Positions 53,023 through 62,497 are shown, counted from the first letter of the stretch. The stretch: 64,000 nt of DNA from Deltaproteobacteria bacterium (GCA_032128375.1 JAQBGU010000135.1:7213-71212); one strand, 5' to 3'. Notes: generated from the sequence alone by a model not told the origin. Numbers and translations are program-made.

Positions 53023-53720
53023 GCGAAGAAAAAGGCGAAGTTCCGAAGGAAGGCCGGATGTATCCGGGCATGCGCCAGGACGAGAGGACCGTCTTCGAAC
53101 CCTATTCAGCGTTCGATATCCCGGCCGATCTCCGTGAGCTGCATGGTCGCTACGACGTCGTCGCCACCGCGCTTCGAGTGCGCAACTTCCGTTACGCAGA
53201 AGAGTGGATGATGATGATGATGGGAGGTTGGCTCGCCACGATTCCCGAGCTTCCGGCCAAGACGGGGCTCGCGAAGGTGATCTGGGAGACCGCGCAAGCT
53301 GCGGACGCGCTCGGCAAGCGGCTCCCGGAGCTGCGCTGTGGGCGCAAGGCGGCGACCGCCTCCGAATCCGCCAACCAGGCGTTCGCCGACTTCATAGAAG
53401 CAGTTTCCGAGCCCGAGAGTCCCGACCTCACAGTCGAGAAGCTGACCGGAATCGTCGACGTGCTCAAGCCTCACCTGATTCAAGTCTATGAAAAGACCGC
53501 TCGCGAAACCGACCAGATCTGCGACGCGCCGACGATCGAACTGCTGGAAGACATCGTGCGCAAGACCCGGCGGCATGTGAGCTGGGGCAAGGAGGTGCTG
53601 GACCGATTGTGCGATACAGACGCGAAGCGACAGCGTCGTCAGCATCGCTCCAGCCAATTGCAAGCGCAGCTCGAGGTCTGTGGCGGAGTGACAGGCGAGT
53701 TGACAGTGGCAAGCGCCTGA
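53019..53720 (+). CDS. hypothetical helical protein, probable degenerate ferritin-like partner subunit
   Basis: Its ATG overlaps the upstream stop (ATGA at 53019..53022). It contains RYAEEWMMMMMGGWLATIPE and IWETAQAADALGKRLPELR but no paired ExxH motifs. Confidence 0.55.
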   Translation: MSEEKGEVPKEGRMYPGMRQDERTVFEPYSAFDIPADLRELHGRYDVVATALRVRNFRYAEEWMMMMMGGWLATIPELPAKTGLAKVIWETAQAADALGKRLPELRCGRKAATASESANQAFADFIEAVSEPESPDLTVEKLTGIVDVLKPHLIQVYEKTARETDQICDAPTIELLEDIVRKTRRHVSWGKEVLDRLCDTDAKRQRRQHRSSQLQAQLEVCGGVTGELTVASA

Positions 53721-53808
53721 ACGATCGGCTCACTGCCACACCCGGCCTGACGCAGGGATCGGGCTCGAGAACTGATTTCGGACTGAGGTTGATACTGAGG
53801 ATGAATAG

Positions 53809-55053
53809 ATGGGTGAAGTGCTCGAGCTCTCTGAACGCGCATGGGCGGGCGAACTCGGCGCAACAGAGATTCACCCAAGCCGTGCGCTAGTCGGTCTCGA
53901 GGAGTTCGACACCGGCCTGGCATTCATGTCGGCGTTTTCGAACGTCGCGGTGATCGACACCGCGGAAGGCTTGGTGTTCATCGATACAAGCGGTCCCTTT
54001 CACGCAGCGAAGGTCCACCAATGCGTGCGAGCGTGGTCGGATCGGCCTCTGAACACCGCGATCTACACACACGGGCATGTCGACCACGTTTCGGGGCTGG
54101 GCGCATTCGAGGCGGAACTCGACGGTCCGAAAGTGCGTGTGATTGCGCACACGGCCTGCCCAGCGCGCTTCGACCGCTACCGGCTGACCCACGGCTACAA
54201 TGGCGTGGTCAACATGCGCCAGTTCGGCTTCCCAAAGCCGCTGTTTCCAAAGGAGTTTCGTTATCCGGACGAGACACTGCAGGAAAGCCGGGTGCTCGAA
54301 ATCGGCGGCGAGCGTATCGAACTCTTCCACGACAAGGGCGAGACAGACGACCACCTGTGGGCCTGGCTCCCAGATCGCAAGACGCTGTACACAGGTGACC
54401 TGTTTATCTGGGCCGCTCCCAACTGCGGCAACCCACAGAAAGTCCAGCGGTATCCCCGCGAATGGGCAATCGCGCTGCGAAAGATGCAGGCGCTGGGTGC
54501 CGAGCGGTTGTTCCCAGGCCACGGGCCGCCGATTCTGGGTGTCGACAGGGTCAACCGCGCGCTCTCAGAATCGGCCGAACTGCTCGAGACATTGGTCGAA
54601 CAAACGCTGGTGTTGATGAACGAGGGCATGCGGCTGAATGACTTGCTTCACGAAATCGAACTCCCCGAACACCTGCTCGCGCGGCCGTACCTGCGCCCCG
54701 TCTATGACGACCCGATGTTCATCGTGCGAAACCTGTGGCGGCTGTACGGGGGCTGGTACGACGGCGATCCTCCGAGTCTGAAACCGGCGCGGGACATCGA
54801 TGTCGCGCGGGCGCTCGCCGAACTGAGCGGAGGTGCCCGCACGTTGGCGAAGCGCGCCGAGCAATTCGCCGCAGAGGGCGAACTGGCGGTGGCTTGCCAT
54901 CTGGTCGAGTTCGCCTGGCGAGCTGCGCCCGAGGATTCCGGCATCGCATCGATCCGAACCGTGATCTACCGATTGCGCGCAGAATCGGAGCGGAGCTTGA
55001 TGGCCAAGGGGATTTTCGGCGCCGCGGCCCGCGATTCGGATCCAGCCACGTAG
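53809..55053 (+). CDS. MBL-fold metallo-hydrolase, alkyl/aryl-sulfatase-like (no SCP2 tail)
   Basis: Metal motif IYTHGHVDHVSG with later ETDDHLW and PGHG. The helical dimerisation-type region (LNDLLHEIELPEHL ... YDDPMFIVRNLWRLYGGWYDG) is typical of SdsA1/BDS1-like enzymes. Confidence 0.75.
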   Translation: MGEVLELSERAWAGELGATEIHPSRALVGLEEFDTGLAFMSAFSNVAVIDTAEGLVFIDTSGPFHAAKVHQCVRAWSDRPLNTAIYTHGHVDHVSGLGAFEAELDGPKVRVIAHTACPARFDRYRLTHGYNGVVNMRQFGFPKPLFPKEFRYPDETLQESRVLEIGGERIELFHDKGETDDHLWAWLPDRKTLYTGDLFIWAAPNCGNPQKVQRYPREWAIALRKMQALGAERLFPGHGPPILGVDRVNRALSESAELLETLVEQTLVLMNEGMRLNDLLHEIELPEHLLARPYLRPVYDDPMFIVRNLWRLYGGWYDGDPPSLKPARDIDVARALAELSGGARTLAKRAEQFAAEGELAVACHLVEFAWRAAPEDSGIASIRTVIYRLRAESERSLMAKGIFGAAARDSDPAT

Positions 55054-55099
55054 TCCTTGGTTTGGTCCGGAACACGAACGTGCTCGAGCGGGTGAAGAG

Positions 55100-56155
55100 G
55101 TGGGGTTGAAGCGCGCAGGTATTCTGGCAGTGATCTGCGCAGCGTTGCTTCTGACGCTAGGCCCGATTCTCGGACAGAACTTCAATCCCGTGGTCGACGG
55201 ATCCATCTACCGGAGCGCACAACTGGACGCTGAGGATCTCGCGTTGCGGGCAGCCGAGTTCGGGCTCGCATCGATCGTCGCGGTACGGCCGGCGCGACCC
55301 AGCAAGGCGTGGTACACCGCCGAAAAATCCGTTGCCGACACGCTCGGACTGAAGCTGGTCAACGTGAGTCTCAGCGCAGACCGGATGCCGTCGCGCCAAC
55401 GCCTGCAAACGCTGGTCGGAGCGTTGGATGCCGCGCCGCGTCCGATGCTGCTGCATTGCCGAGCAGGCGTCGAACGCAGTGGCCTCGCGGCAGCAGTCGC
55501 GCTGCTTCTGGAGGGGGAGTCGGTCGAGTCCGCCCGCGGACAATTTTCGCTTCGATACGGTTTCCATCCATGGCTGTCTCAATCGGACCTGCCACGGGTC
55601 CTGGATCGATACGAGCAATGGCTGGAAGTTTCGGGCATCGACAGTTCGGCTGAGAATTTCCGCGGCTGGGTCGACGCTGTCTACGTCGCGGCGTTTTACA
55701 AAGCCGACCTCGAGATCGTCGATTTTGATGCCGACGCGCGGGCCGGTCAACCGATCCCGTTTTCGTTGCGGGTCACGAACCGGAGCCCAGACACGCAGCA
55801 TTTTCGAGCGGCGAACGATTTCGGAGTTCACGTCTCCACGCTGATCGAGGGGATCAGCAGTCCCGATTATCGACACGAGGGGCGCTGGGGAAGGCAAGAT
55901 GTCGATGTGGCTGCCGGCGCATCCCATGTTTTTGATATCGAATTAGCGGCTCTGCCCAGTGCTGGGATGTATCGATTGACCATCGATCTCGTCGACGAGA
56001 GTGTTGCGTGGTTTTCGGATATGGGGTCGACGGTTCTGGTTCGGGAATTCGAGTTGGGACCGGTTCCCGAGGTCGCCGCAGGTCCAGTGGTGATCGAGCA
56101 ACAGAACGAATTCGAGGCGGAACGCGATCGGCCAGCGAGGTCGCGAACCGAGTGA
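55100..56155 (+). CDS. membrane-anchored protein-tyrosine/dual-specificity phosphatase-like protein with an unknown C-terminal domain
   Basis: An N-terminal TM helix is followed by the CX5R P-loop LLHCRAGVERSG. The last ~190 aa have no family I recognise. Confidence 0.65.
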   Translation: MGLKRAGILAVICAALLLTLGPILGQNFNPVVDGSIYRSAQLDAEDLALRAAEFGLASIVAVRPARPSKAWYTAEKSVADTLGLKLVNVSLSADRMPSRQRLQTLVGALDAAPRPMLLHCRAGVERSGLAAAVALLLEGESVESARGQFSLRYGFHPWLSQSDLPRVLDRYEQWLEVSGIDSSAENFRGWVDAVYVAAFYKADLEIVDFDADARAGQPIPFSLRVTNRSPDTQHFRAANDFGVHVSTLIEGISSPDYRHEGRWGRQDVDVAAGASHVFDIELAALPSAGMYRLTIDLVDESVAWFSDMGSTVLVREFELGPVPEVAAGPVVIEQQNEFEAERDRPARSRTE

Positions 56156-56164
56156 AGACTCTGG

Positions 56165-57280
56165 TCACGCCCGTCTGTCGGCGCGCTGTAGCGCGCCGCG
56201 CAGGAAGCCCCGTTCGCGATTCAGCAGCTCTACGAGGCGCAATTGTGCGCGGAAGCGATCGAGGTTTTGGTTGGGGCGCTGGATCTTGAAGTAGACGTCG
56301 CCCTCCAGGTGGTCCGTCAGGAAGCGCGCGCCGTTTTCGAACGCCATCACGGACCCCGCGAGAGGCAGCACTTCGAGCTCCGCAGGCGTGAGGAGCGACT
56401 GCGCGCCCACGCGGTAACCGAGCGCTATCGCCTCCAGTAAATCGGATTCGATCGCCATCGTTTCGGTGCGAGTCTCGTCTTCGGGAGATCGACAGGCCGT
56501 AGTCCGGACCAGCTCACCGAAGTCGGAAAGGACCGTCCCGGTCATCACGGTGTCCAAGTCGATCACACACATTGCCTCGCCGGTTTGTTCATCCAACAGC
56601 ACATTGTTGATTTTGCAGTCGTTGTGGACGATTCGCTCCGGCAGTTCGGAGTGACCGGAGACAGACAACTCGGCTGAAAGCGACTCATAGGCAGCAGCCG
56701 TATGTTCGATTTCCCGGCCGAGAGAACGGGCACGCCCGTGCGAATCTGCGCCGACTGCCGCCTGCAAAGTGGCATAGCGGTGTGGCAGATCGTGAAAATG
56801 GGGGATCGTCTCGGCGAGTGGCGGAGCCGCCAACCCTTCGAGCAGGCGGACAAAATCGGCGAAAGCCCGGGCAGCCTGATAGGCCTGCGCTGGACTCTCG
56901 ACCGCGTCGACGCTGCGGGTCCGCTCCTGGAACCGGAAGCAGCGCCAATAGGCACCGTGTTCATCGAGCCAGATCGGAGAGCCGGATCGTGTCGCCATCA
57001 CCCGCAAGCAGCGCCGATCGGCATCCAAGACGCGAGCGTTCTCGAGCTCGCTTTGGAGGTGTCCGCAGATTCGGCCGATGTTGTCCATCAACGAGGTGGG
57101 GTCGCGAAATATGCCCGCATTGATGCGCTGGAGAATGTGGCGCTCGGGCGACCCGCCTGGGGCCAGTCCGGCCGAAACCGAGTGGCGGACGACGAATGTG
57201 TCGTGAATGTGTCCACCACCGATCGGCTCTGCACCTGCAAAGGTCCCGGAAATATTGAACTGTGCAGCGATGGTCTCCAC
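56165..57280 (-). CDS. APH-fold phosphotransferase (N-acetylhexosamine 1-kinase/NahK-like)
   Basis: FNISGTFAGAEPIGGGHIHDTFVV, the Brenner motif HNDCKINNVLLD, and VIDLDTV. A GTG at 57280 gives a family-like N-terminus; the tracked ATG 57367 adds 29 Arg/Pro-rich residues. Confidence 0.75.
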   Translation of the reverse strand: METIAAQFNISGTFAGAEPIGGGHIHDTFVVRHSVSAGLAPGGSPERHILQRINAGIFRDPTSLMDNIGRICGHLQSELENARVLDADRRCLRVMATRSGSPIWLDEHGAYWRCFRFQERTRSVDAVESPAQAYQAARAFADFVRLLEGLAAPPLAETIPHFHDLPHRYATLQAAVGADSHGRARSLGREIEHTAAAYESLSAELSVSGHSELPERIVHNDCKINNVLLDEQTGEAMCVIDLDTVMTGTVLSDFGELVRTTACRSPEDETRTETMAIESDLLEAIALGYRVGAQSLLTPAELEVLPLAGSVMAFENGARFLTDHLEGDVYFKIQRPNQNLDRFRAQLRLVELLNRERGFLRGALQRADRRA

Positions 57281-57566
57281 GAGAACGTGAGCATAGCGGC
57301 TGGGTCTTGGACGCGGGGCGCGAGTCGCGAACGGGACGGGCCTACACCCCAGTGAAGTCCTTCGCATGCGGGCGACGGCTGAACGGCTACCCTCGCATTC
57401 TGGACGGGTCTTCGACGATGATCAAATCAGGCAGTCTGCCGCGCATCGCCCACACGCTGCCGCGCAAGAATGCCGATACGCTGAATCGGAGCATGCTCCT
57501 TCGCTGGAGCTGTGCATGGCTGATAGGCTGGTCGCGCGCGGAACGTTGGAAAATGGATCGATAGCG

Positions 57567-59261
57567 ATGAGTTTTGCGCACCACGACGACGATCTGACGA
57601 TGCCGTTTACGTGTCCGGAGTGCGGCGACACCGGCGCCAGGCAGCGCTTCGCATCATTCCACTTCAGCTGTCCCGGATGCAACCTGAGTGTGGCGCACGT
57701 CGACTTGGCACCGACCGGAATAGTGCGAGAGGTGTTTGGCTGGCTGTTGCCCCCGGGCACGCTGCTGGCCGACCGATACAGGGTCAACAGTCTGCTGGGA
57801 CGGGGTGGCTTCGCCGCCACCTACGGTGTGGCGGATACGCGGCTTGCGAATCGACGCTGCGCGTTGAAGGAAGTCCCCCGGGTGTTGTTCGATAGCGGGG
57901 AGATGGAGATCCTCAGTCGGCTCGACCATCCCGGGATCCCCAACATTCGCGACAAGTTCGAGCTGGGCTCCATGGTGTACCTGGTCCTCGAATTCGGAGG
58001 CAGTCGCTCGCTGGCCACGGAGCGAATCCAGCGCGGCGGAACGATCCCGGCTGCCACGTTGTTGCCGTGGATCAGCCAGCTGTGCGGCGTGCTCGAGTAC
58101 CTGCATGCGCAAGACCCGCCGATCGTCCACCGGGATCTGAAGCCCGGCAATGTGCTGCTGACCGAAGGCGGCCGGATCAACCTGATCGATTTCGGGATCG
58201 CGAAAGAGACACTGACGGGCACGCAGACCCGGACGATTGCGCGCTCGGCAACCCATGGATTTTCGCCCCCAGAGCAGGTGTTGGGGACCGGGACCGACGA
58301 GCGATCCGACGTGTATTCGCTCGGCGCGACTCTCTTCCAGCTGCTGACCGGCCACAAGCCGCCGCCGGCTCACGAGCGTGTTGCGGGTGCGGAACTGGCG
58401 CGGCCCGGATCGCTGGTGGAGGGTGTTTCGCCGACGCTCGACGAGCTGATTCTGCGCGCGATGGAACTGAACATCCACAAGCGCATTCAATCGATCCGGG
58501 ATTTTGCGGCCCGGCTCGACGCGATTTCTGCCGGAGAGCCAATCCCGCTGATGTCGACCGACAGCCAGCGGCCATTGGCGGATGACGCCCCAACCCTCGG
58601 ATCCGATCGCAGACTACCCGCGAACCTGTCGGACGCTGAAACGCTCTATCTGGGGAGCGACCCACCGGCATTCCAGACGTCGAGTCGATCGGGTGAAACA
58701 CGGCGATTCTCGGCGGCTCTCGTCGCATGGTTGGTATTCGGGTTGGCAGGAGTCGGCGGCGCGATGTGGTGGCTGCAACGCGAACCCGCGGCACGCAGCG
58801 AGCGGCCCGCCCAGGTTGCCGCGGTTCCGGAGCCCCAGCCGCCCGCGTTGGGTTCGCAAACTGATGTCGCTTCGCCAACAGCCCCACCGATAGCGATCGC
58901 TCCCGAAGCGAATGCACCGGCAACACCCGACTCCGTTCGCGAATCCGCCGGGGTCCAGCTAGAACCCGATTCCGAACCGCAATCGACCCCTGATTTGGCT
59001 CGGATCCAGCCGGAACGGCAATCGATTCCGGTCCCGATTCCGGTCCAAAGTCGGATCGAGCCCGGGCCGAGTGTGGATCCCGTTGCACCGGCTCGGTTGG
59101 TGCCACCACCCAGCCGGCCAGTCGTCAGTACCTTGGCGTCGGATGGCGTCGAGCCGGTTCCATCCGGAACGAGTGAACAAGTGGAGCCCCGCTCCCCGGA
59201 CCCCGCCAAGCCGAATTGGGGAGCGGGATTCAAGAAGGGGTCAGTCCGGCGCATCGATTGA
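57567..59261 (+). CDS. Ser/Thr protein kinase with N-terminal zinc ribbon, one TM helix and a Pro-rich C-terminal tail
   Basis: The zinc ribbon is CPECG...CPGC. Hanks motifs are GRGGFAATY, ALKEV, HRDLKPGNVLL, DFGIAK and SPPE. The TM helix is AALVAWLVFGLAGVGGAMWW. Start at MSFAHHDD (ATG 57567). Confidence 0.88.
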   Translation: MSFAHHDDDLTMPFTCPECGDTGARQRFASFHFSCPGCNLSVAHVDLAPTGIVREVFGWLLPPGTLLADRYRVNSLLGRGGFAATYGVADTRLANRRCALKEVPRVLFDSGEMEILSRLDHPGIPNIRDKFELGSMVYLVLEFGGSRSLATERIQRGGTIPAATLLPWISQLCGVLEYLHAQDPPIVHRDLKPGNVLLTEGGRINLIDFGIAKETLTGTQTRTIARSATHGFSPPEQVLGTGTDERSDVYSLGATLFQLLTGHKPPPAHERVAGAELARPGSLVEGVSPTLDELILRAMELNIHKRIQSIRDFAARLDAISAGEPIPLMSTDSQRPLADDAPTLGSDRRLPANLSDAETLYLGSDPPAFQTSSRSGETRRFSAALVAWLVFGLAGVGGAMWWLQREPAARSERPAQVAAVPEPQPPALGSQTDVASPTAPPIAIAPEANAPATPDSVRESAGVQLEPDSEPQSTPDLARIQPERQSIPVPIPVQSRIEPGPSVDPVAPARLVPPPSRPVVSTLASDGVEPVPSGTSEQVEPRSPDPAKPNWGAGFKKGSVRRID

Positions 59262-59284
59262 TGAGCATCACGAGATCGGCGATT

Positions 59285-59340
59285 GGGTACGACAGATTCG
59301 GTACGACAGATTCCGTACTACACATTCCGTACTACCAGGA
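59285..59340. repeat. tandem repeat, 14-bp unit x4 (GGTACGACAGATTC x2, CGTACTACACATTC, CGTACTACCAGGAA)
   Basis: Read directly. It ends at the RBS region (AGGGGAGGG) of the gene starting at 59356. Confidence 0.9.
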
Positions 59341-59355
59341 AGAAGGGGAGGGCTG

Positions 59356-59961
59356 ATGACCAGAACCGCACGTATGGCCTGTTGTGTCGTGCTCGGTAGT
59401 GCGCTCGTGACAGGCTGCACCACAACCCAGGGAATCGGAGCGTTGGGTGGGGCAGCCACCGGCGCGCTCATCGGTGGCCTCGCCGGAGGCAACGCGACGG
59501 GCGCTTTGATCGGCGCGGCTGCTGGCGCAGCGGCCGGGTGGGGCGCTGCGGCGCTGTACGAGTATCACGTCAACCAGAGTCGTTCTGTGGAACAAGACGC
59601 CGAGATCTACGGATACACACCCGGCGTGGGCCCAATCGTGAAGATCCGCGATGCGAGCTGTTCCCCGCGGACTGCGAGAGCGGGCGAATCGGTGCGGATC
59701 CGAAGTGACTACTCGGTGAATTCCGTCTCGGGCGAGCCGGTGATGATCTCGGAACAATGGCACCTCGAAAAGGACGGCGAGGTGCTCCACGAATTCCCGG
59801 TGAACCGAGAAACCCGAGCATCGGGCGGGTGGCTGGCTGAGAATTCCTTCGAACTTCCTCAGGATGCGCCGCCAGGAACCTACGTATTTGTCAACCGAAT
59901 TCAGGCCGATGACGGCAGTGAGGATCGCCGGGATGCGGTCTTCATTCTTTCGGAGGGATAA
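59356..59961 (+). CDS. glycine-zipper lipoprotein
   Basis: The ATG at 59356 follows AAGGGGAGGG. Lipobox VTGC. The glycine zipper is GALGGAATGALIGGLAGGNATGALIGAAAGAAAG. The C-terminal beta-rich domain is unknown. Confidence 0.7.
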   Translation: MTRTARMACCVVLGSALVTGCTTTQGIGALGGAATGALIGGLAGGNATGALIGAAAGAAAGWGAAALYEYHVNQSRSVEQDAEIYGYTPGVGPIVKIRDASCSPRTARAGESVRIRSDYSVNSVSGEPVMISEQWHLEKDGEVLHEFPVNRETRASGGWLAENSFELPQDAPPGTYVFVNRIQADDGSEDRRDAVFILSEG

Positions 59962-60043
59962 GGAATTTTGGCGGAAACCAGCATGGTTCCCCCAGGTAGA
60001 GCGCACGGGCTACCGGGCGAACTGCCAGGCGCCAGGTAGTCCG

Positions 60044-60757
60044 TTGCGATCTGGAGCCGCCAATCCGCATGGCGGAATTCTGGCGCTCGGGCTCGTCGCG
60101 TTGTGGGTCGGTTGCGCGCAGTCGACCTCGATCGCCGGAGACTGCCAGAACGAGCGCGAACGCGCCCGGAACGTCGCCCGGAAGATCAACGAACAGTGGC
60201 CTCTGCGCAGCGCCGACTACGTGACCGAACTGGTGGAAGCCGTGGTCTGGCGGCTGGCCAGTGTCGATCAGCAACGACGCTGGGAGATCGTTGTTTTTCG
60301 CAGCCGCAGGGCCGAGGCCTACTCGATCGGCGACAGTCGCATCTACATCAGCGATGGAACCGTGCGCGCTTGTGAGACGGAGTCAGAACTCGCTGCGATT
60401 CTCGCGCACGAGATGGCCCACCAGCTGCTTGGGCATTTCTGCGAGGGCGCGGGCGCGAGCCTCGGGCGCGCACGGTCCATCGGTTCGATTTCTCTTGGGA
60501 TCGACAAATCCAAGGAACTCGCGGCAGATCGTTTCGGGCTCGACCTGATCGCGCGCGGTGGCTACGACCCACGCGCTGCGCTGAACATCGTCCGTAGAGT
60601 CCAGTCCGGAAACCCGCGCGGACATCTCGACGAAACGGGTCGAGTCGCTCGGCTGGAAGGACTCCTGGCGCGTTATTCCGCGCGTTCGGGATTCGAGACA
60701 GAGCAGTTCGCCAAGGCGCGCGCGATGCTGCACGCCGAACGCGGTCTACGGCCGTAA
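60044..60757 (+). CDS. M48 family zinc metallopeptidase lipoprotein
   Basis: HEMAHQLLGH (HExxH) in the context ESELAAILAHEMAH; lipobox WVGC. The start is uncertain: TTG 60044 is proposed and the tracked ORF starts at 59864. Confidence 0.75.
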   Translation: MRSGAANPHGGILALGLVALWVGCAQSTSIAGDCQNERERARNVARKINEQWPLRSADYVTELVEAVVWRLASVDQQRRWEIVVFRSRRAEAYSIGDSRIYISDGTVRACETESELAAILAHEMAHQLLGHFCEGAGASLGRARSIGSISLGIDKSKELAADRFGLDLIARGGYDPRAALNIVRRVQSGNPRGHLDETGRVARLEGLLARYSARSGFETEQFAKARAMLHAERGLRP

Positions 60758-60880
60758 TCGGGCCGTGAGGAGTCAGCGCAATCGCCCAGCGCTCGGCGGT
60801 TGCGTCAGGGCTTCGATGCTGGCTGCGCGACTCACGGGTGGCTGGGGCTATAGTGCGAATCCGCCTCAGGGGAGAATCCG

Positions 60881-62497
60881 ATGGAATTCAATCTCGCTGA
60901 TCTTTTCGAAAACGCCGTCGATGCGTTCGCTGACCGCGAGTGCATCATCGCCGACGGGCAGCGCCGAACCTACGCAGAGATGGATGCTCGGGCCAACCAG
61001 CTGGCGCATCACCTCGCAGACAACGGCGTGGGGCCGGGGGCGCACGTCGGAATCTACGCTTACAATTCGGTCGAGTGGGTCGAATCGCTGTGGGCTGTAT
61101 TCAAGCTCCGCGCGATCTGGATCAACATCAATTTTCGATACGTCGAAGACGAACTGCGTTACCTGTTCGACAACGCCGAGCTCGACGCACTGATCTACCA
61201 GCGCCAATTCGCGCCGAGAGTCGCAGCCTTGCGCGACAAGCTCCCGAAGCTCCGTCACACGATTGCCATCGAGGACGGTAGTGGCGCGGATCTGGCGAAG
61301 GTTGATTCCGCCGAGTACGAGGCCGCCTTGTCGAGTGAATCGACTGATCGCGAATTCGCTCCCCGATCGGGCGATGATCACTACATGCTGTATACCGGCG
61401 GTACGACGGGAATGCCCAAAGGGGTTGTCTGGCGCCACGAGGATGTATTTTTCGCGCTCGGGGGTGGGATCGACCAGGTCGACGGCAGCCGCGTCGATCG
61501 TGGCGAAGAAATGGTGGCCAAGGGCCAGGGCATCCCGCAGTCGGTCTTCCTGCCGATCGCGCCTTTGATGCACGGTGCGACCCAGTGGTCCGTGATGGGA
61601 GGGAGCCTGGTCGGCCGCAAGAACGTACTCGTCGCGAACTTCGACCCGGACGAAGTCTGGCGGCTGGTGGGTCGAGAGAAGATCAACGGCGTGATGATCA
61701 CCGGCGATGCGATGGGCCGGCCGTTGGTGGAAGCCCTGCATGGCAATATCGCGAACTACGACCTGACATCGCTGGGAGCGATCGTCAGCAGCGCAGCGGT
61801 ATTCTCCCCGACCGTCAAAGATGAGTTCTTCGAACATCTGCCGAACCTCGTCATCACTGACAGCATTGGCTCGTCGGAAAGTGGTGGCAATGGAGTCGCG
61901 ATCATTACCAAGGGCAACACCGCGATGAAGGGCGGGGGCCCTACAGTCCGAGCTGGAGCGAACGCGCACGTTCTCGATGAGAACCTCGACCCGGTGGAGC
62001 CGGGCACGGGCGTGATCGGAAAACTGGCGCGGTCGGGGAATATTCCGCTCGGCTACTACGGCGATCCCGTGAAATCCGCCGAAACCTTCGTCGAGAAAGA
62101 CGGCGTGCGCTACTCGATGCCCGGCGACTTCGCGATGCTCGAAGCCGATGGCACGATCACGCTGCTGGGGCGCGGTTCGGTTTCGATCAATTCCGGCGGA
62201 GAAAAAATTTTTCCCGAAGAGGTCGAATCGGCGATCAAATCACACCCTCATGCATTCGACGCAATCGTCGTGGGGGTCCCGGACGAGCGTTGGGGAAGTC
62301 GGGTTTCTGCGGTCGTGCAACTGCGAGAGGGAGCGAGCCTCGCACTCGAGGATCTGCAGGCGCATTGTCGGACGAAACTCGCCGGCTACAAGGTGCCGCG
62401 CGAACTCCATCTGGTCGATCGCGTCGAGCGCTCGCCGACCGGCAAGCCGGACTATCCCTGGGCGCAGCAGGTCGCGATGGGTGAACTAGACAGTTGA
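60881..62497 (+). CDS. acyl-CoA synthetase (AMP-binding; FadD3-like subgroup)
   Basis: MLYTGGTTGMPKGVVWRHEDVFFALGG, the C-terminal GGEKIFPEEVE and PTGKPDY. The stop codon lies inside the 13-bp repeat array. Confidence 0.92.
   Translation: MEFNLADLFENAVDAFADRECIIADGQRRTYAEMDARANQLAHHLADNGVGPGAHVGIYAYNSVEWVESLWAVFKLRAIWININFRYVEDELRYLFDNAELDALIYQRQFAPRVAALRDKLPKLRHTIAIEDGSGADLAKVDSAEYEAALSSESTDREFAPRSGDDHYMLYTGGTTGMPKGVVWRHEDVFFALGGGIDQVDGSRVDRGEEMVAKGQGIPQSVFLPIAPLMHGATQWSVMGGSLVGRKNVLVANFDPDEVWRLVGREKINGVMITGDAMGRPLVEALHGNIANYDLTSLGAIVSSAAVFSPTVKDEFFEHLPNLVITDSIGSSESGGNGVAIITKGNTAMKGGGPTVRAGANAHVLDENLDPVEPGTGVIGKLARSGNIPLGYYGDPVKSAETFVEKDGVRYSMPGDFAMLEADGTITLLGRGSVSINSGGEKIFPEEVESAIKSHPHAFDAIVVGVPDERWGSRVSAVVQLREGASLALEDLQAHCRTKLAGYKVPRELHLVDRVERSPTGKPDYPWAQQVAMGELDS

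Noticed and set aside
4272-61969. Long tracked ORFs lying antisense or out of frame to recognisable genes: 4272..5489(-), 4370..5413(+), 10938..11834(-), 12527..13444(-), 15120..16133(-), 23125..24078(+), 25423..26463(-), 27385..28518(+), 35636..36607(+), 37925..38905(-), 41644..42579(+), 42673..43533(+), 44324..45382(-), 52138..53019(-), 57654..58490(-), 58177..59109(-), 60866..61969(-).
   Set aside because: Each overlaps a gene with clear family motifs on the other strand or frame. Their translations are Arg/Pro/Ser/Gly-rich with no recognisable motifs, which is the usual open-frame artefact of GC-rich DNA.
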